A DNA stretch of 64,000 nucleotides, taken from sequence record PV472050.1, one strand, 5' to 3'. Position 1 is the stretch's first letter; each line of letters begins with the position of its first letter. Position numbers and translations under genes: made by a program. Below, piece after piece: positions 29,666-39,127 of the stretch. The notes beneath the pieces were generated by a model that made no database searches, was not told the origin of the DNA, and worked only from the letters and a program-made list of their open reading frames with translations.

Positions 29666-31085
29666 TAACAATGATTACCCTATTCCTCTACCAGGAGGAA
29701 TTCGTGCAGATAGAAAGGATATACACAACTCCTATTGAACATCCAGAGGAAGTTGGTTTTTATAAACATCCAACATTGCCGATTTGGTTGTCTAAAGACG
29801 ACGATCGGATCCTCACAGAAACAGGTTTCGTGGAACCAAGCATAGGTGGCGAATACAAGTACTACATTCGTCAGCACCTCCATGTGTTGAAGCTAGAGAC
29901 ATTTCTGGAGAAGCCCAGCTCAACTATCAAGTTGTGGGGGAATCACAGGGATGGGGACAAGCGCAATAATCACCTGGATAACTTGGAGTGGTGTACTCCG
30001 TCAATGAATTTGATCCATGCGTTTAAGACTGGTCTCAGGTCGGATAACCTTCCGGGGTTACTCACCGATCTAGAAACTGGTGAGGTCAAATCATTTACGA
30101 GTTTAAGGGAATGCGCTGCCTACTTAGGTATCAATCCTGGTACACTCACTGTTTACATGAAATCTGACAGAAAGTATCCGCTCAAGTTTAAGTACTCTGT
30201 GCGTCTAATATCGGAAGAGCCTAGCAAACTGACTGCTGACGACATTGGTAAAGTAAGGAAGGGTGGTCCCAAACCTTGCAAGATCGTCAATAAACTCACT
30301 GGCGAAATAAAACATCTGGCCTTTGAGAAAAGCATTCAGGAACTGTTCGGTTTATCCGAGAGACGTTATCAGCGTGCTTTGAGAGAACGCGGATACGAAG
30401 ACTGGATTTTCGAAGAAGTGAAGACGTATGAAGAATACGTCGAGTGTTTAAAGGATGATAAGGCGAAGACTGTAAAGTCTAACCGACATCTTTCTTTAGT
30501 CAAGGAAAAACAGTTGGCTACAGCTAAGAAGATTGTGGTTACTAACAATCTGACAGGCGAAATAACTGAATTCGACAATCTTAGTGACTTCTCAATGGAG
30601 AATGGTTTCATGATAAGCGAGATCAACCGCGCTTTGAAAACCAAAGATTCATGGAGAGAATTCACATTTAAATATCTGGAATAGGGTAATTGTTAAAGGC
30701 TCACCAGGCACGAAAGTCCTGGATGAGAATCTCTTTAATTGCTGGAACACCCACAAAAGTGAACCACCTTACGTAACCGTAAGGGGACGAAAGTCAGAAA
30801 CAACGGTTCACCTGTCCTACGCTAACCAATAACGCTAAGGGATACTGACAAGGGGCAACCAGCAGCGAAGCCTGTTGTTATTCAACAGGAACGTTCAACG
30901 GCCATTCGATGACCCGTAATCTGATTACGGCGAGAAGTAGGGTAGCAAGCTAATGGCGCCCGAAACAGGAGACATCCTAATCCCTTTAACAGAGATGGTG
31001 AAGATATGGTCTGACCACGGTTTAAGAGACGGTGCAGGTGCTGTACACGTACCGGGTAATGGGTAGCGACTCTACTGGACAAGTG
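29666..31085 (+). mobile_element. group I intron (IA2-like, 1420 nt) with homing endonuclease
   Basis: 5' splice after U29665, terminal G31085; P AATTGCTGGAA 30737, Q AACCAGCAG 30857, R GTTCAACGGCCA 30893, S AAGATATGGTC 31001; P7 GGCCA/TGGTC; splicing restores YNA-DFDGD in frame. Confidence 0.92.
29704..30684 (+). CDS. intron-encoded HNH homing endonuclease (I-HmuI-like) with three repeated DNA-binding modules
   Basis: GNHRDGDKRNNHLDNLEWCTPSMN motif; GTG 29704 after AGGAGG (alternative ATG 29671); AT-richer codon usage. Confidence 0.88.
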   Translation: MQIERIYTTPIEHPEEVGFYKHPTLPIWLSKDDDRILTETGFVEPSIGGEYKYYIRQHLHVLKLETFLEKPSSTIKLWGNHRDGDKRNNHLDNLEWCTPSMNLIHAFKTGLRSDNLPGLLTDLETGEVKSFTSLRECAAYLGINPGTLTVYMKSDRKYPLKFKYSVRLISEEPSKLTADDIGKVRKGGPKPCKIVNKLTGEIKHLAFEKSIQELFGLSERRYQRALRERGYEDWIFEEVKTYEEYVECLKDDKAKTVKSNRHLSLVKEKQLATAKKIVVTNNLTGEITEFDNLSDFSMENGFMISEINRALKTKDSWREFTFKYLE

Positions 31086-31277
31086 GATTTTGATGGTGAT
31101 TCCATGTATGCCATCTTCTTGATTGACTTGGAGTCTAAAGCGAAAGCCTACGGGGGATTAGGTCATCATCAGGTATTGGATAACAACGTTCCCTTCAAGA
31201 TCAGCAAGTATGCGGGACAAACCGCTACCAACCTGATGAACTTCAATACCCTCATGCTACAGAAACCGATTGAGTAA
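31086..31277 (+). CDS. non-virion RNA polymerase beta' N-terminal subunit, exon 2
   Basis: begins DFDGDSMYAIF, completing the Mg-binding motif. Confidence 0.88.
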   Translation, partial: DFDGDSMYAIFLIDLESKAKAYGGLGHHQVLDNNVPFKISKYAGQTATNLMNFNTLMLQKPIE

Positions 31278-31292
31278 GGAGGTGAAGTGTCG

Positions 31293-31934
31293 ATGCGAAG
31301 TGCTAATGCCTTCAGTCACGCGATCTCAGGCAGTTTTACCGAAGAGTCCATAGCCAAGTACGCCGACTACGTAAACAACTCCACAGCGCTCCTACAGAAC
31401 GCTGGAGGCTGGTTGGGACAGCAAGCCAAGAAGACCCTGGATTGTTTTACCAGCTTCGTAAACTCCCGTGCGTGGGAAATGGGTAAACGGCTGTTGAATA
31501 AGAACGACGGGGAGTACGTCGGTCGGTATTCCATTGGCTACCTGGGGAGTATTGAAGCCCTCCAAGGTGCTGAGGGATATATGCGGGACTACATCATGGC
31601 AAATCCCGTCATGATGCAGCTGTACCTGGACGGTGAAATCGAAGGGTATGGTGGAGAGTTCAGCAAGTTCTGTTCAGGTGTTGGGGAGGAGAACCTCTTC
31701 TATCGCCGCAGTATGAATGGGTTGCTGAATTTGACTACCGTGGATGATAAACCGCATCTACGACATACCCATTACCACGACAGCCTAGGCGGTAAGATCT
31801 CCTTCAGGGAACGGTGTGATGTCCAGAAAACCTGGGCGGCCATCGATCACCATCGAGCTAAATCCCTGTTCGACCTCACCAGTCCTGCTGGGAATAAGCT
31901 GAAGAGCGCTGAAGAAGAAACCACCGAGGAGTAA
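31293..31934 (+). CDS. conserved phiKZ-like hypothetical protein
   Basis: AAGGAGG SD; ATG 31293 (GTG 31287 possible). Confidence 0.75.
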   Translation: MRSANAFSHAISGSFTEESIAKYADYVNNSTALLQNAGGWLGQQAKKTLDCFTSFVNSRAWEMGKRLLNKNDGEYVGRYSIGYLGSIEALQGAEGYMRDYIMANPVMMQLYLDGEIEGYGGEFSKFCSGVGEENLFYRRSMNGLLNLTTVDDKPHLRHTHYHDSLGGKISFRERCDVQKTWAAIDHHRAKSLFDLTSPAGNKLKSAEEETTEE

Positions 31935-31940
31935 GGCCTC

Positions 31941-31974
31941 TAAACCAAGCAGGGGAGCTCCCCTGCTTGGTTTA
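31941..31974. terminator. perfect 34-bp palindrome, probable terminator
   Basis: TAAACCAAGCAGGGGAGCTCCCCTGCTTGGTTTA is self-complementary; T-rich downstream. Confidence 0.7.
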
Positions 31975-32033
31975 TTATGACCTTTTATTTTGTCTTTCTA
32001 TAGAGAGCCTTCTTTCTTTAGGGAGTTAACAGT

Positions 32034-32441
32034 ATGGCGCGGTTTTGTGTAGGGACAATGGACAGTAAGTTAGGGTGGGAGACTCAGTCTCCTGATACCG
32101 CTATTTCACGTCATGTGACCTATTGGTTTACCAGCCGAGAGAACCAAGGTAAACTGATTGGAGGGGTTCCTAGTTTCTACATGATCTTTAAAGACTTCGC
32201 TCAATACCCCGATCAAATGGTGGAACAAGTCCAGGACAAATTCAAGGCGTACCTGGAGGAATTGTTCGACGAAGTCATGGTGGGTGTAAGTCGACAAAAT
32301 GTTACTGGGAGTGTCAATAATTACAGGCTCATACTGACCGCTCGTGTCGTAGTGGACAATATGAAGTATGACTTGGCGCAAACCATTCTGATCACCGGTG
32401 AACTGTACAAAGTTCTGGACTTAGAGAGACTTAAACGATGA
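32034..32441 (+). CDS. hypothetical protein, tentatively T4 gp25-like baseplate wedge fold
   Basis: GGGAG SD; helix then three-strand pattern (KFKAYLEELFDEVMVGV...YRLILTARVVV). Confidence 0.4.
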   Translation: MARFCVGTMDSKLGWETQSPDTAISRHVTYWFTSRENQGKLIGGVPSFYMIFKDFAQYPDQMVEQVQDKFKAYLEELFDEVMVGVSRQNVTGSVNNYRLILTARVVVDNMKYDLAQTILITGELYKVLDLERLKR

Positions 32442-33271
32442 CTGACAAACACAACGAAGACTTCCGGGGTAAAGTTCCTGATCATATCCAAGAGATGCAC
32501 CTGGAGAATGACCTTGGTTGGTTGAAGGACTTGAAAGTCCACGAACTGGATGGTAAACTCCTGCTGGGTGAGCCGGGAGAAGAACTCCCCTTTAACGTGA
32601 GTCATGTGATTGAAGAGAAGGAATTCGTTCAGAAATGGTTGATTCCCTTTGCGCTGGGGAATTCCACCGGAGTGAACTACTTCCCCTTCCAGGAATGGTG
32701 TTCCTTTACCTTTAACGGAACCCGGTCTGTATTGGTGGTCGCCCGGGATGCTGAAACCGGTAAATACGAACCGACCCTCTTGGTTCCACCGATTATTTCC
32801 AACTCCCTGACTGCGGATGACCGGTACAAGCTCCGGATGGCCTCACTGGCTATTTACAATATCAGTGAAGACAACCGCCAGAAAGAGAACCTGAACGCCA
32901 GCTTGAAGGTTGCGAATGCCTTGGCGGATAGCAAAATAGGTCTGGAAGCTAAACCCACGACCCTGACGGATTTGATTACCCCGACTTTCTTCGAGAAGTT
33001 CTCGATCGTTCCGGAAGTGGAGCGCAAGGTTTACTGGATTCGGGATGTTATCCGGAAAGGAACTGAAACCAATCCCGATGACCTGACTCGTGCTCGGGCG
33101 CTGTTCTTTAAAGAACACAAAGGTGAGACTCTGACTCAGGATGAGTTGAAATTCCTAAACCAACTGAGTTTAGGGGATTATGAAATTGAAGACCGTCTGG
33201 CTGACGCACCGAGTGAACAGGCGGATAACGAATCGCCGGACGATCCCGACTTCGATCCGTTGGCGTGTTAA
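32438..33271 (+). CDS. conserved phiKZ-like hypothetical protein (277 aa)
   Basis: ATGA-coupled to the upstream gene; acidic C-terminus. Confidence 0.7.
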   Translation: MTDKHNEDFRGKVPDHIQEMHLENDLGWLKDLKVHELDGKLLLGEPGEELPFNVSHVIEEKEFVQKWLIPFALGNSTGVNYFPFQEWCSFTFNGTRSVLVVARDAETGKYEPTLLVPPIISNSLTADDRYKLRMASLAIYNISEDNRQKENLNASLKVANALADSKIGLEAKPTTLTDLITPTFFEKFSIVPEVERKVYWIRDVIRKGTETNPDDLTRARALFFKEHKGETLTQDELKFLNQLSLGDYEIEDRLADAPSEQADNESPDDPDFDPLAC

Positions 33272-33293
33272 GGTAGTAAGGGGTAGACTATTC

Positions 33294-34409
33294 ATGCGGA
33301 TTCTTTGGACTTCCGACCACCACACGCTGCACCAGACAACCCCCACTACTCATGTACTGGGGAATATGTCGACGTTTTACTTTAAAGATCACGATCTGAA
33401 CAATATCGATCTGTCGATCTTTGGTGGGGACCTCACAGAACGCATGGTAGAGGCCCCTAACCCTGATTTCATTAAACTTAAGGAATGGGCCAAGGTTTAC
33501 CTGAACGCGTGCGACAAGGCCCATACAGCCGTTCTAGTACTGGAAGGAACCCACTCCCACGACAGGGGTCAGCCTAAACACTTGGAGACGCTGGCTCCCG
33601 AGGGAATGGATTTCCGGTATGTGGATGCTTTGTCCATTCAGTATTACCCCCAATTCAACAATCTCAGTATTCTCTGTGTTCCTGACAACATGGGAACCCT
33701 GACACCTGATGAGATTTGGGACAAGACTGTGGCGTTGCTCAATGAACACAAACTGAAGCAAGTGGACTTGATTGTGTTTCATGGTGCGTGGGAGCATCAA
33801 TTGCCGGTCCAAGTACGACACAAGGCTCACCAGTTAGCCCGATGGGAAACCATTGTTAAGTACTTCATTCTGTCGGGTCATATCCACGTCCCCTCTGAAG
33901 TGGGTAAGATGCGGTGTTCGGGTTCTTTTGACCGTACAGCCCACGGGGAAGAACACCCGAAAGGGGGGTATTTGGTTGAACTTGACCTGGAGAAGGAAAC
34001 CGCTACTTCAACCTTCCAGGAAAATAAGAACGCCCTCCCGTATTTAACCCTGAAAGTCAAAGAAGACATTACGACCGAACAATTGGTCTTGGACCTTCAG
34101 CAGTTCATCCGCCGGAAGAAACTCCCGTACCACAGTCAAATCCGGGTCATGGGCGGTGCAGCGGATATCGTTAAACCGGTTATACGTATCTTTGAGAAAG
34201 AATTCCCCTACTTTGGCTTTAAAGCGGAGAATGCGAAAGCCAAAGAACAGCATGTTCAAGACGACCTGTTCAATAACCAAACGTACGATTACCCTCAGTT
34301 AACGAAAAAGAACTTGGCGTCAGCCCTGTTACCTGAATGTCAAGGGGTCTTCGAGAAGGAAGGGATCTCTGACGAAGAAGCCTTGAAAGTCCTGGAGGAA
34401 TTCCTATGA
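33294..34409 (+). CDS. SbcD/Mre11-like metallophosphoesterase nuclease
   Basis: TSDHH, GGDL, EGTHSHD, FHG, SGHIH motifs; ATG 33294 (MRILW). Confidence 0.88.
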   Translation: MRILWTSDHHTLHQTTPTTHVLGNMSTFYFKDHDLNNIDLSIFGGDLTERMVEAPNPDFIKLKEWAKVYLNACDKAHTAVLVLEGTHSHDRGQPKHLETLAPEGMDFRYVDALSIQYYPQFNNLSILCVPDNMGTLTPDEIWDKTVALLNEHKLKQVDLIVFHGAWEHQLPVQVRHKAHQLARWETIVKYFILSGHIHVPSEVGKMRCSGSFDRTAHGEEHPKGGYLVELDLEKETATSTFQENKNALPYLTLKVKEDITTEQLVLDLQQFIRRKKLPYHSQIRVMGGAADIVKPVIRIFEKEFPYFGFKAENAKAKEQHVQDDLFNNQTYDYPQLTKKNLASALLPECQGVFEKEGISDEEALKVLEEFL

Positions 34410-35203
34410 GAAGTACAGGTGCTTTAGGAATGTCCGTAGGGACATCGTTGGCGTTTGAGAGTGATGCGGCTTCCCTAATACGTAATTCGGATACCATCCT
34501 GCTGAACCTTATGACGCTAATACGGAATGCGTATGACGCGTATGAGACCAAAGAGGAAAAGGATCAACTGACATCAGATCAACTGGTAGAGGCGGTTACC
34601 GGTGATCTGAAGATCCTGGCGAAATGGATGGAAGAGGCGCGTAAAAGTAAACCGGTTGAACTGGTGGTGTATTATCCCACCTATACGGGTCTTAAGACCC
34701 GTTTCCGTCATGCGGATCTCAAACTTCCTACGACGAAGAATCAAATCCGGTACGATACCCTCTCGAAAGAGACAGCAAAGAAGCTGTATACGAAATACGA
34801 GAAACTGTTGTCTAAGACAGACATCGGCATGCCCGAATTCAAAGGGCGGGGTATTGTATTGACGCACCACGTGGTGGACCTCGCGGTATCGAACAGTGTT
34901 GGACGTTTAATACTGTTGGAGTCGTATACGGGTAAAACCAAACCATTTACCCAGTGGTACACCAAACTGACGGGAGGAGAGGATCTGTTTTACATGCCAT
35001 TTAACCGGTTCACTATCCAGATCTTTGGTGACCGTTCAACCAATTTCATGTCGTCCTCAACAGGGATTAAGGAGCTGGTGAAGAAACTGGCGCTGGATAA
35101 TAAGTGGACATCCGCCACAACACTGGGACGAATCAGAAGTCATATCAACAACCTGCCACAAGGGGTAGACCGAGCTGGTCTGCAACTGATGCTGAACGGT
35201 TAG
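34406..35203 (+). CDS. conserved phiKZ-like protein, possible 5'-nuclease/PIN-like fold
   Basis: coupled to the SbcD-like gene; NLMTLIRN and IFGD resemble FEN/RNase H elements. Confidence 0.45.
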   Translation: MRSTGALGMSVGTSLAFESDAASLIRNSDTILLNLMTLIRNAYDAYETKEEKDQLTSDQLVEAVTGDLKILAKWMEEARKSKPVELVVYYPTYTGLKTRFRHADLKLPTTKNQIRYDTLSKETAKKLYTKYEKLLSKTDIGMPEFKGRGIVLTHHVVDLAVSNSVGRLILLESYTGKTKPFTQWYTKLTGGEDLFYMPFNRFTIQIFGDRSTNFMSSSTGIKELVKKLALDNKWTSATTLGRIRSHINNLPQGVDRAGLQLMLNG

Positions 35204-35272
35204 TAACCCATCTATTCTCACTGAAGATTCTATCTTTATTGGTTAGGAATTTCGAATTTAAGGTAACCTCTC

Positions 35273-35971
35273 ATGAGTGACAATCAACATCGCAAGTTTA
35301 CCCCCCGTAAGAAAACCCTCCTGAATGACTGGAAACAGCCTCATCCAACGACCTTGGAACCTTTGCCTGGAGCGAAGTACCCTGCGCAGGGGATGTTCGA
35401 ATGCAAGAACAGTGGGGCGTTTCCCATTGTCTTCAAGATCAATGACGGCATCTTTGAGAAAGGTTCCAACAGTAACCACAAAGAAGTCGAACTGAACTAT
35501 TCGGATCGGGGCGCGCTCTTCGAAGCGATTATCGAGGCCTCGAATGATGCGAACTTCGGGTTCCGTCAGATCCCGATTTCGAAGAAGCAGATGATCTTCT
35601 CGGGTGGCAGCGCGCGTCAATCGGAGAACCCGATTGTTCAGGCGACCTTTACCATCATCCGGGATAAGAACGGTGTGATCCACCTGGGGTATACCAAAGG
35701 GGATTACAAAGTCCCGCTGGTCTTCCGAGGTTCCAACTTCACGACGGTATACGTCAAGAATGAAGCCGGTGAGCGCGTTGAAGACCAGGGCCTGATGTCC
35801 CGTTGGGTAGCTCGGGCCTGGGTGCGTTTCCACCAGGATCTCCTGAATGAGATCGAGCAGGCAGCCTGGGAGCCTCCGAAACCGCGTGACGGTGGGGCAA
35901 ACAACAACCGACAGTCTTCCAATGACTCCGGTTCGACCACCCACGATGACTTCGATGACGTGGAATTCTAA
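35273..35971 (+). CDS. chmC: ChmC-like single-stranded nucleic-acid-binding protein (phiKZ gp67 position)
   Basis: 232 aa, beta-rich, acidic tail DDFDDVEF; immediately upstream of the gp68-like gene; call rests on synteny. Confidence 0.55.
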   Translation: MSDNQHRKFTPRKKTLLNDWKQPHPTTLEPLPGAKYPAQGMFECKNSGAFPIVFKINDGIFEKGSNSNHKEVELNYSDRGALFEAIIEASNDANFGFRQIPISKKQMIFSGGSARQSENPIVQATFTIIRDKNGVIHLGYTKGDYKVPLVFRGSNFTTVYVKNEAGERVEDQGLMSRWVARAWVRFHQDLLNEIEQAAWEPPKPRDGGANNNRQSSNDSGSTTHDDFDDVEF

Positions 35972-35983
35972 TTAGACCAAGAA

Positions 35984-36010
35984 GGGTAGGAGGGGTTGCC
36001 CCTCCTACCC
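35984..36010 (+). terminator. terminator hairpin
   Basis: 12-bp stem GGGTAGGAGGGG/CCCCTCCTACCC. Confidence 0.6.
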
Positions 36011-36032
36011 GGTCTATTCGTTTGGTTAGAAT

Positions 36033-36050
36033 ATTTTAAACCTACATTAT
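36033..36050 (+). promoter_or_regulatory. phage promoter-like motif
   Basis: ATTTTAAACCTACATTAT. Confidence 0.6.
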
Positions 36051-36088
36051 CTTCCCGTAATCCTGGACTATTCTGTTTGGAGTGAACC

Positions 36089-37642
36089 ATGTTTAACATC
36101 GAAGTTAAGCGGAAATCCAAGAAAACGATTAAAGCCATCATTGTTTCGTTGAATGAGAAGAGCCTCCGCTTTAACGGTGATGCAACAATCAAACTTGAAC
36201 GGGTGATTAAAGAAAAGGATGCGAGTGATCCTAATCTCTTCAGTTGTTTCAACGAGTATGTAGAAAATATCTTCGATACGGATAAGAAGATTGAACTCTT
36301 TAAGTTGTATGAAAAGGCGTATCAGATTGCTGAAAGTCCCACGTATAAGGACTACCGGGTTGAAATCGCTGAAATTAAACCGATTATCAATGCTATTCTA
36401 AACCTCATTGATATTCCCAAGTACTGTAGTTTCATCCAATATTCCGAACACATGGTCGTTCCTCCTGACCTGAGCGTTGCCTCCAGTAAAGGGGATTACC
36501 CTGAACAAACGACCATTACGGATTACGACTATAAAGAGTTGGTTAAGCTGACCTTTGTGATCCGTTCGGTTTATCCGATCATCTTCTCGTTAATTGCTCG
36601 CTTCGATGCGGCAATGGGAACAGGGTACAGTGAGCAGGTGTGTGGGAGTCTGATTAAAGATAACGCCCACATCGTTAACCTGTATGGGTGGAAGAAACTT
36701 CAGACCTATGTGAACTTTGCCTTTGGTAAACGGGGCATACCCCAGCAAGCAGACAGTATTGGGAGTGTGGAGTATTTCGTGGAGCGGGTGCTGTATGACA
36801 CCCTCTTCTCCCGGCTGTGCTGTGCAGTGATCCCCGAGACCGAAGAAGGGAAACACTTGGCCACCGCCATTAACGCTTCGGTACGTCATCATGGATCGAT
36901 TGGGGGAGGGTTTAAAGCCAAGGATGGTCGGGAAGGTGAGGATGATAAGCGGTCCCTGTTGGAACGGTATCATATCAACGAAGAGATCAAGGCGGCAAAT
37001 GAAACCGTAGACGCTGAGTATTTCAGTTTAGGGTTGTTTGACGAGAATGACAATGAACGGTATGTGGATCGGTTCAAGATCCCGTGTCTGGGGCTGGGTA
37101 TACAGAATCCCCAGCTGGTGGAACAGGTCTACGACAACATGCCCCCGAACTGGGACATCACGTTGGATAATCACGTCATCACGTTGCTTCAGCTGACGTT
37201 CGTCGATGCGATCTCTCCTATGATCTTCTGGAGTTGTGACGGACATCAACTGCGGGCAGCCATTGCCTTGGCTCAGGTCCGTCTGAGCGAACAAGGGTAC
37301 CATTACCTCCCGTCGGTACTGGGAGCCAGTAATAATCCCGGAGGCATGCGGTCCCTTTCGGATGGTTTGCGGTTGAATACTGAAGATAAAGAATTCCTGG
37401 TCAGTATTTGTGACATCCAAAGTCGTAATGACGAAGGACGGTCCTTTAATGAAGCGGTGGAGGTCGCGACGGAGTTCTTGGAAACCTTTGGGAATGGGCA
37501 ATGGAAATCGAACCTGGAATATGGGGTGTTGGATGATCCTGAAGTCTATCAACGGGTAGAACGTGCGGCCTTGTTCGACCTGGAGATTGATTTGGAAATC
37601 AAGAATGAGTTCATGCGGTTAGTTAGACAAGTCAATACCTGA
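36089..37642 (+). CDS. non-virion RNAP promoter-specificity (sigma-like) subunit (phiKZ gp68-like)
   Basis: 517 aa helical protein in the gp68 position of the SbcD to RNAP beta block. Confidence 0.65.
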   Translation: MFNIEVKRKSKKTIKAIIVSLNEKSLRFNGDATIKLERVIKEKDASDPNLFSCFNEYVENIFDTDKKIELFKLYEKAYQIAESPTYKDYRVEIAEIKPIINAILNLIDIPKYCSFIQYSEHMVVPPDLSVASSKGDYPEQTTITDYDYKELVKLTFVIRSVYPIIFSLIARFDAAMGTGYSEQVCGSLIKDNAHIVNLYGWKKLQTYVNFAFGKRGIPQQADSIGSVEYFVERVLYDTLFSRLCCAVIPETEEGKHLATAINASVRHHGSIGGGFKAKDGREGEDDKRSLLERYHINEEIKAANETVDAEYFSLGLFDENDNERYVDRFKIPCLGLGIQNPQLVEQVYDNMPPNWDITLDNHVITLLQLTFVDAISPMIFWSCDGHQLRAAIALAQVRLSEQGYHYLPSVLGASNNPGGMRSLSDGLRLNTEDKEFLVSICDIQSRNDEGRSFNEAVEVATEFLETFGNGQWKSNLEYGVLDDPEVYQRVERAALFDLEIDLEIKNEFMRLVRQVNT

Positions 37643-37676
37643 AAGTATCATCCGTAACTAGACAGAGGAAACAAAC

Positions 37677-39113
37677 ATGTCCGAAATGTTGGTGACATTG
37701 ACCCGAGCCATCTTTGGCATGGGAAATAGCAACCACGATCACGTTCATCGTCATAACCAACTCAACCTGGACAGTACTGAGGTGGATGATCTCATCATGG
37801 AACAAGTCAATGGAGGTGTCACCGCAGGTACCCTGAACCGCATTGCTGCCTCCAGCGGTAACTTGTCCCAGCGCCCTCAGGGTTACGTCTCCGTCGAAGA
37901 AGGCTTCGGTGTACGGCGGGGAATTGGACAACTCACGTTCGTTATTGAAAGCAATTCGAACTTCCATTCGGAAATGTGTGTGGTGGGGTACCTCTTTGGA
38001 GGCACTGCGTCGGAACAAGGTATCTCGGATGACACCATGTTCGTTCCGGTACGGACTTGGTCAACCTTGACGACCAATACCCATGACAGTCAAGGCTTCC
38101 CGATGACCAAGCGGATGATCGACAGTTCCCACCAGTTCCTCATGGGATCGGTGGATCAGAACAAAGACCTGAAAGCCGTACGTCCGTTGGATGTCGGGAA
38201 TGAAGCCTTGGGGTTCGCCGCCAGTGAAGAAGACGGTTCTGAGATGATGTATGCCGGGACGGTGGGGAGTGACCTCAAGAACAACACCTTGATGTCGAAG
38301 ACCCTCAACCTCAATCCCACGCATTATTCCCGGGAGTTGCTTAAACTGGCGACCAATGCAGGGTTCCACTCCTCCAATGGCAGTTCGTTGGAAGTGGAAC
38401 TGTCCAATGGATTGATCGGGGAATCGATTGGAGAGCTTTCTCCGCTCGAAAACCCTTTCATGCGGGCGATGATGCAATCCACCGGTCAGTACATGCTGGG
38501 TGGTTTCCAGGGATTCAGTATTGGGGAAATCTATCAGGTCTTCGATAACCTGTTGGATGTCATGAACCTCAACCTGTTGAATCCCAGTTCCTTTGCAGAA
38601 GACAACACCTTGCTCACCAGCAGTGAATATGGCTCTGCGGGTAACCATGAGGTGATTGCTACGGAACTGGCGATGATGTCGGTTCACTTGATGTTGCAGT
38701 GCGGTCTCTCCAGCCTACGGTTCTCCGCCACCAATAACCTCATGGAATATAGCACGATCATGGATGATGGTGTGGGTGTCGCTTTCGTCATCGGTGAAGC
38801 CATGTCCATGTTGGACAATGACATGTTCGTGGAAAACCGGGTGGAGGACTTCAAGCGTCTGATCGCTCAGCACTTCTTCTCGAAATACTCGGGTCCTCAT
38901 GTTCATTTGAGAACCTTGATGAATATTGAGGTGGAGTGTTACATGTTTGGTGAGATCGTTATTACGATTGCGTTCAATGGGGAAGACAACGAGAAAACCT
39001 TCACCAACGCCACCTACTACATTAATCATACCAGTAGCAGCATTGCCGGTAATGAAAACGGCCTGTTGGAAGCCAAGAACTTCCTGACTGGTATTCGTGA
39101 ATACTTCAGCTAA
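37677..39113 (+). CDS. picA: phage-nucleus protein import factor PicA/Imp1-like (phiKZ gp69 position)
   Basis: 478 aa, directly downstream of the gp68-like gene; synteny and size only. Confidence 0.55.
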   Translation: MSEMLVTLTRAIFGMGNSNHDHVHRHNQLNLDSTEVDDLIMEQVNGGVTAGTLNRIAASSGNLSQRPQGYVSVEEGFGVRRGIGQLTFVIESNSNFHSEMCVVGYLFGGTASEQGISDDTMFVPVRTWSTLTTNTHDSQGFPMTKRMIDSSHQFLMGSVDQNKDLKAVRPLDVGNEALGFAASEEDGSEMMYAGTVGSDLKNNTLMSKTLNLNPTHYSRELLKLATNAGFHSSNGSSLEVELSNGLIGESIGELSPLENPFMRAMMQSTGQYMLGGFQGFSIGEIYQVFDNLLDVMNLNLLNPSSFAEDNTLLTSSEYGSAGNHEVIATELAMMSVHLMLQCGLSSLRFSATNNLMEYSTIMDDGVGVAFVIGEAMSMLDNDMFVENRVEDFKRLIAQHFFSKYSGPHVHLRTLMNIEVECYMFGEIVITIAFNGEDNEKTFTNATYYINHTSSSIAGNENGLLEAKNFLTGIREYFS

Positions 39114-39127
39114 GAGGATAACCGCTC

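Noticed and set aside
31032-31277. 81-aa stand-alone ORF from GTG 31032
   Set aside because: Its first 18 codons are intron sequence; the rest is exon 2 of the RNAP subunit.
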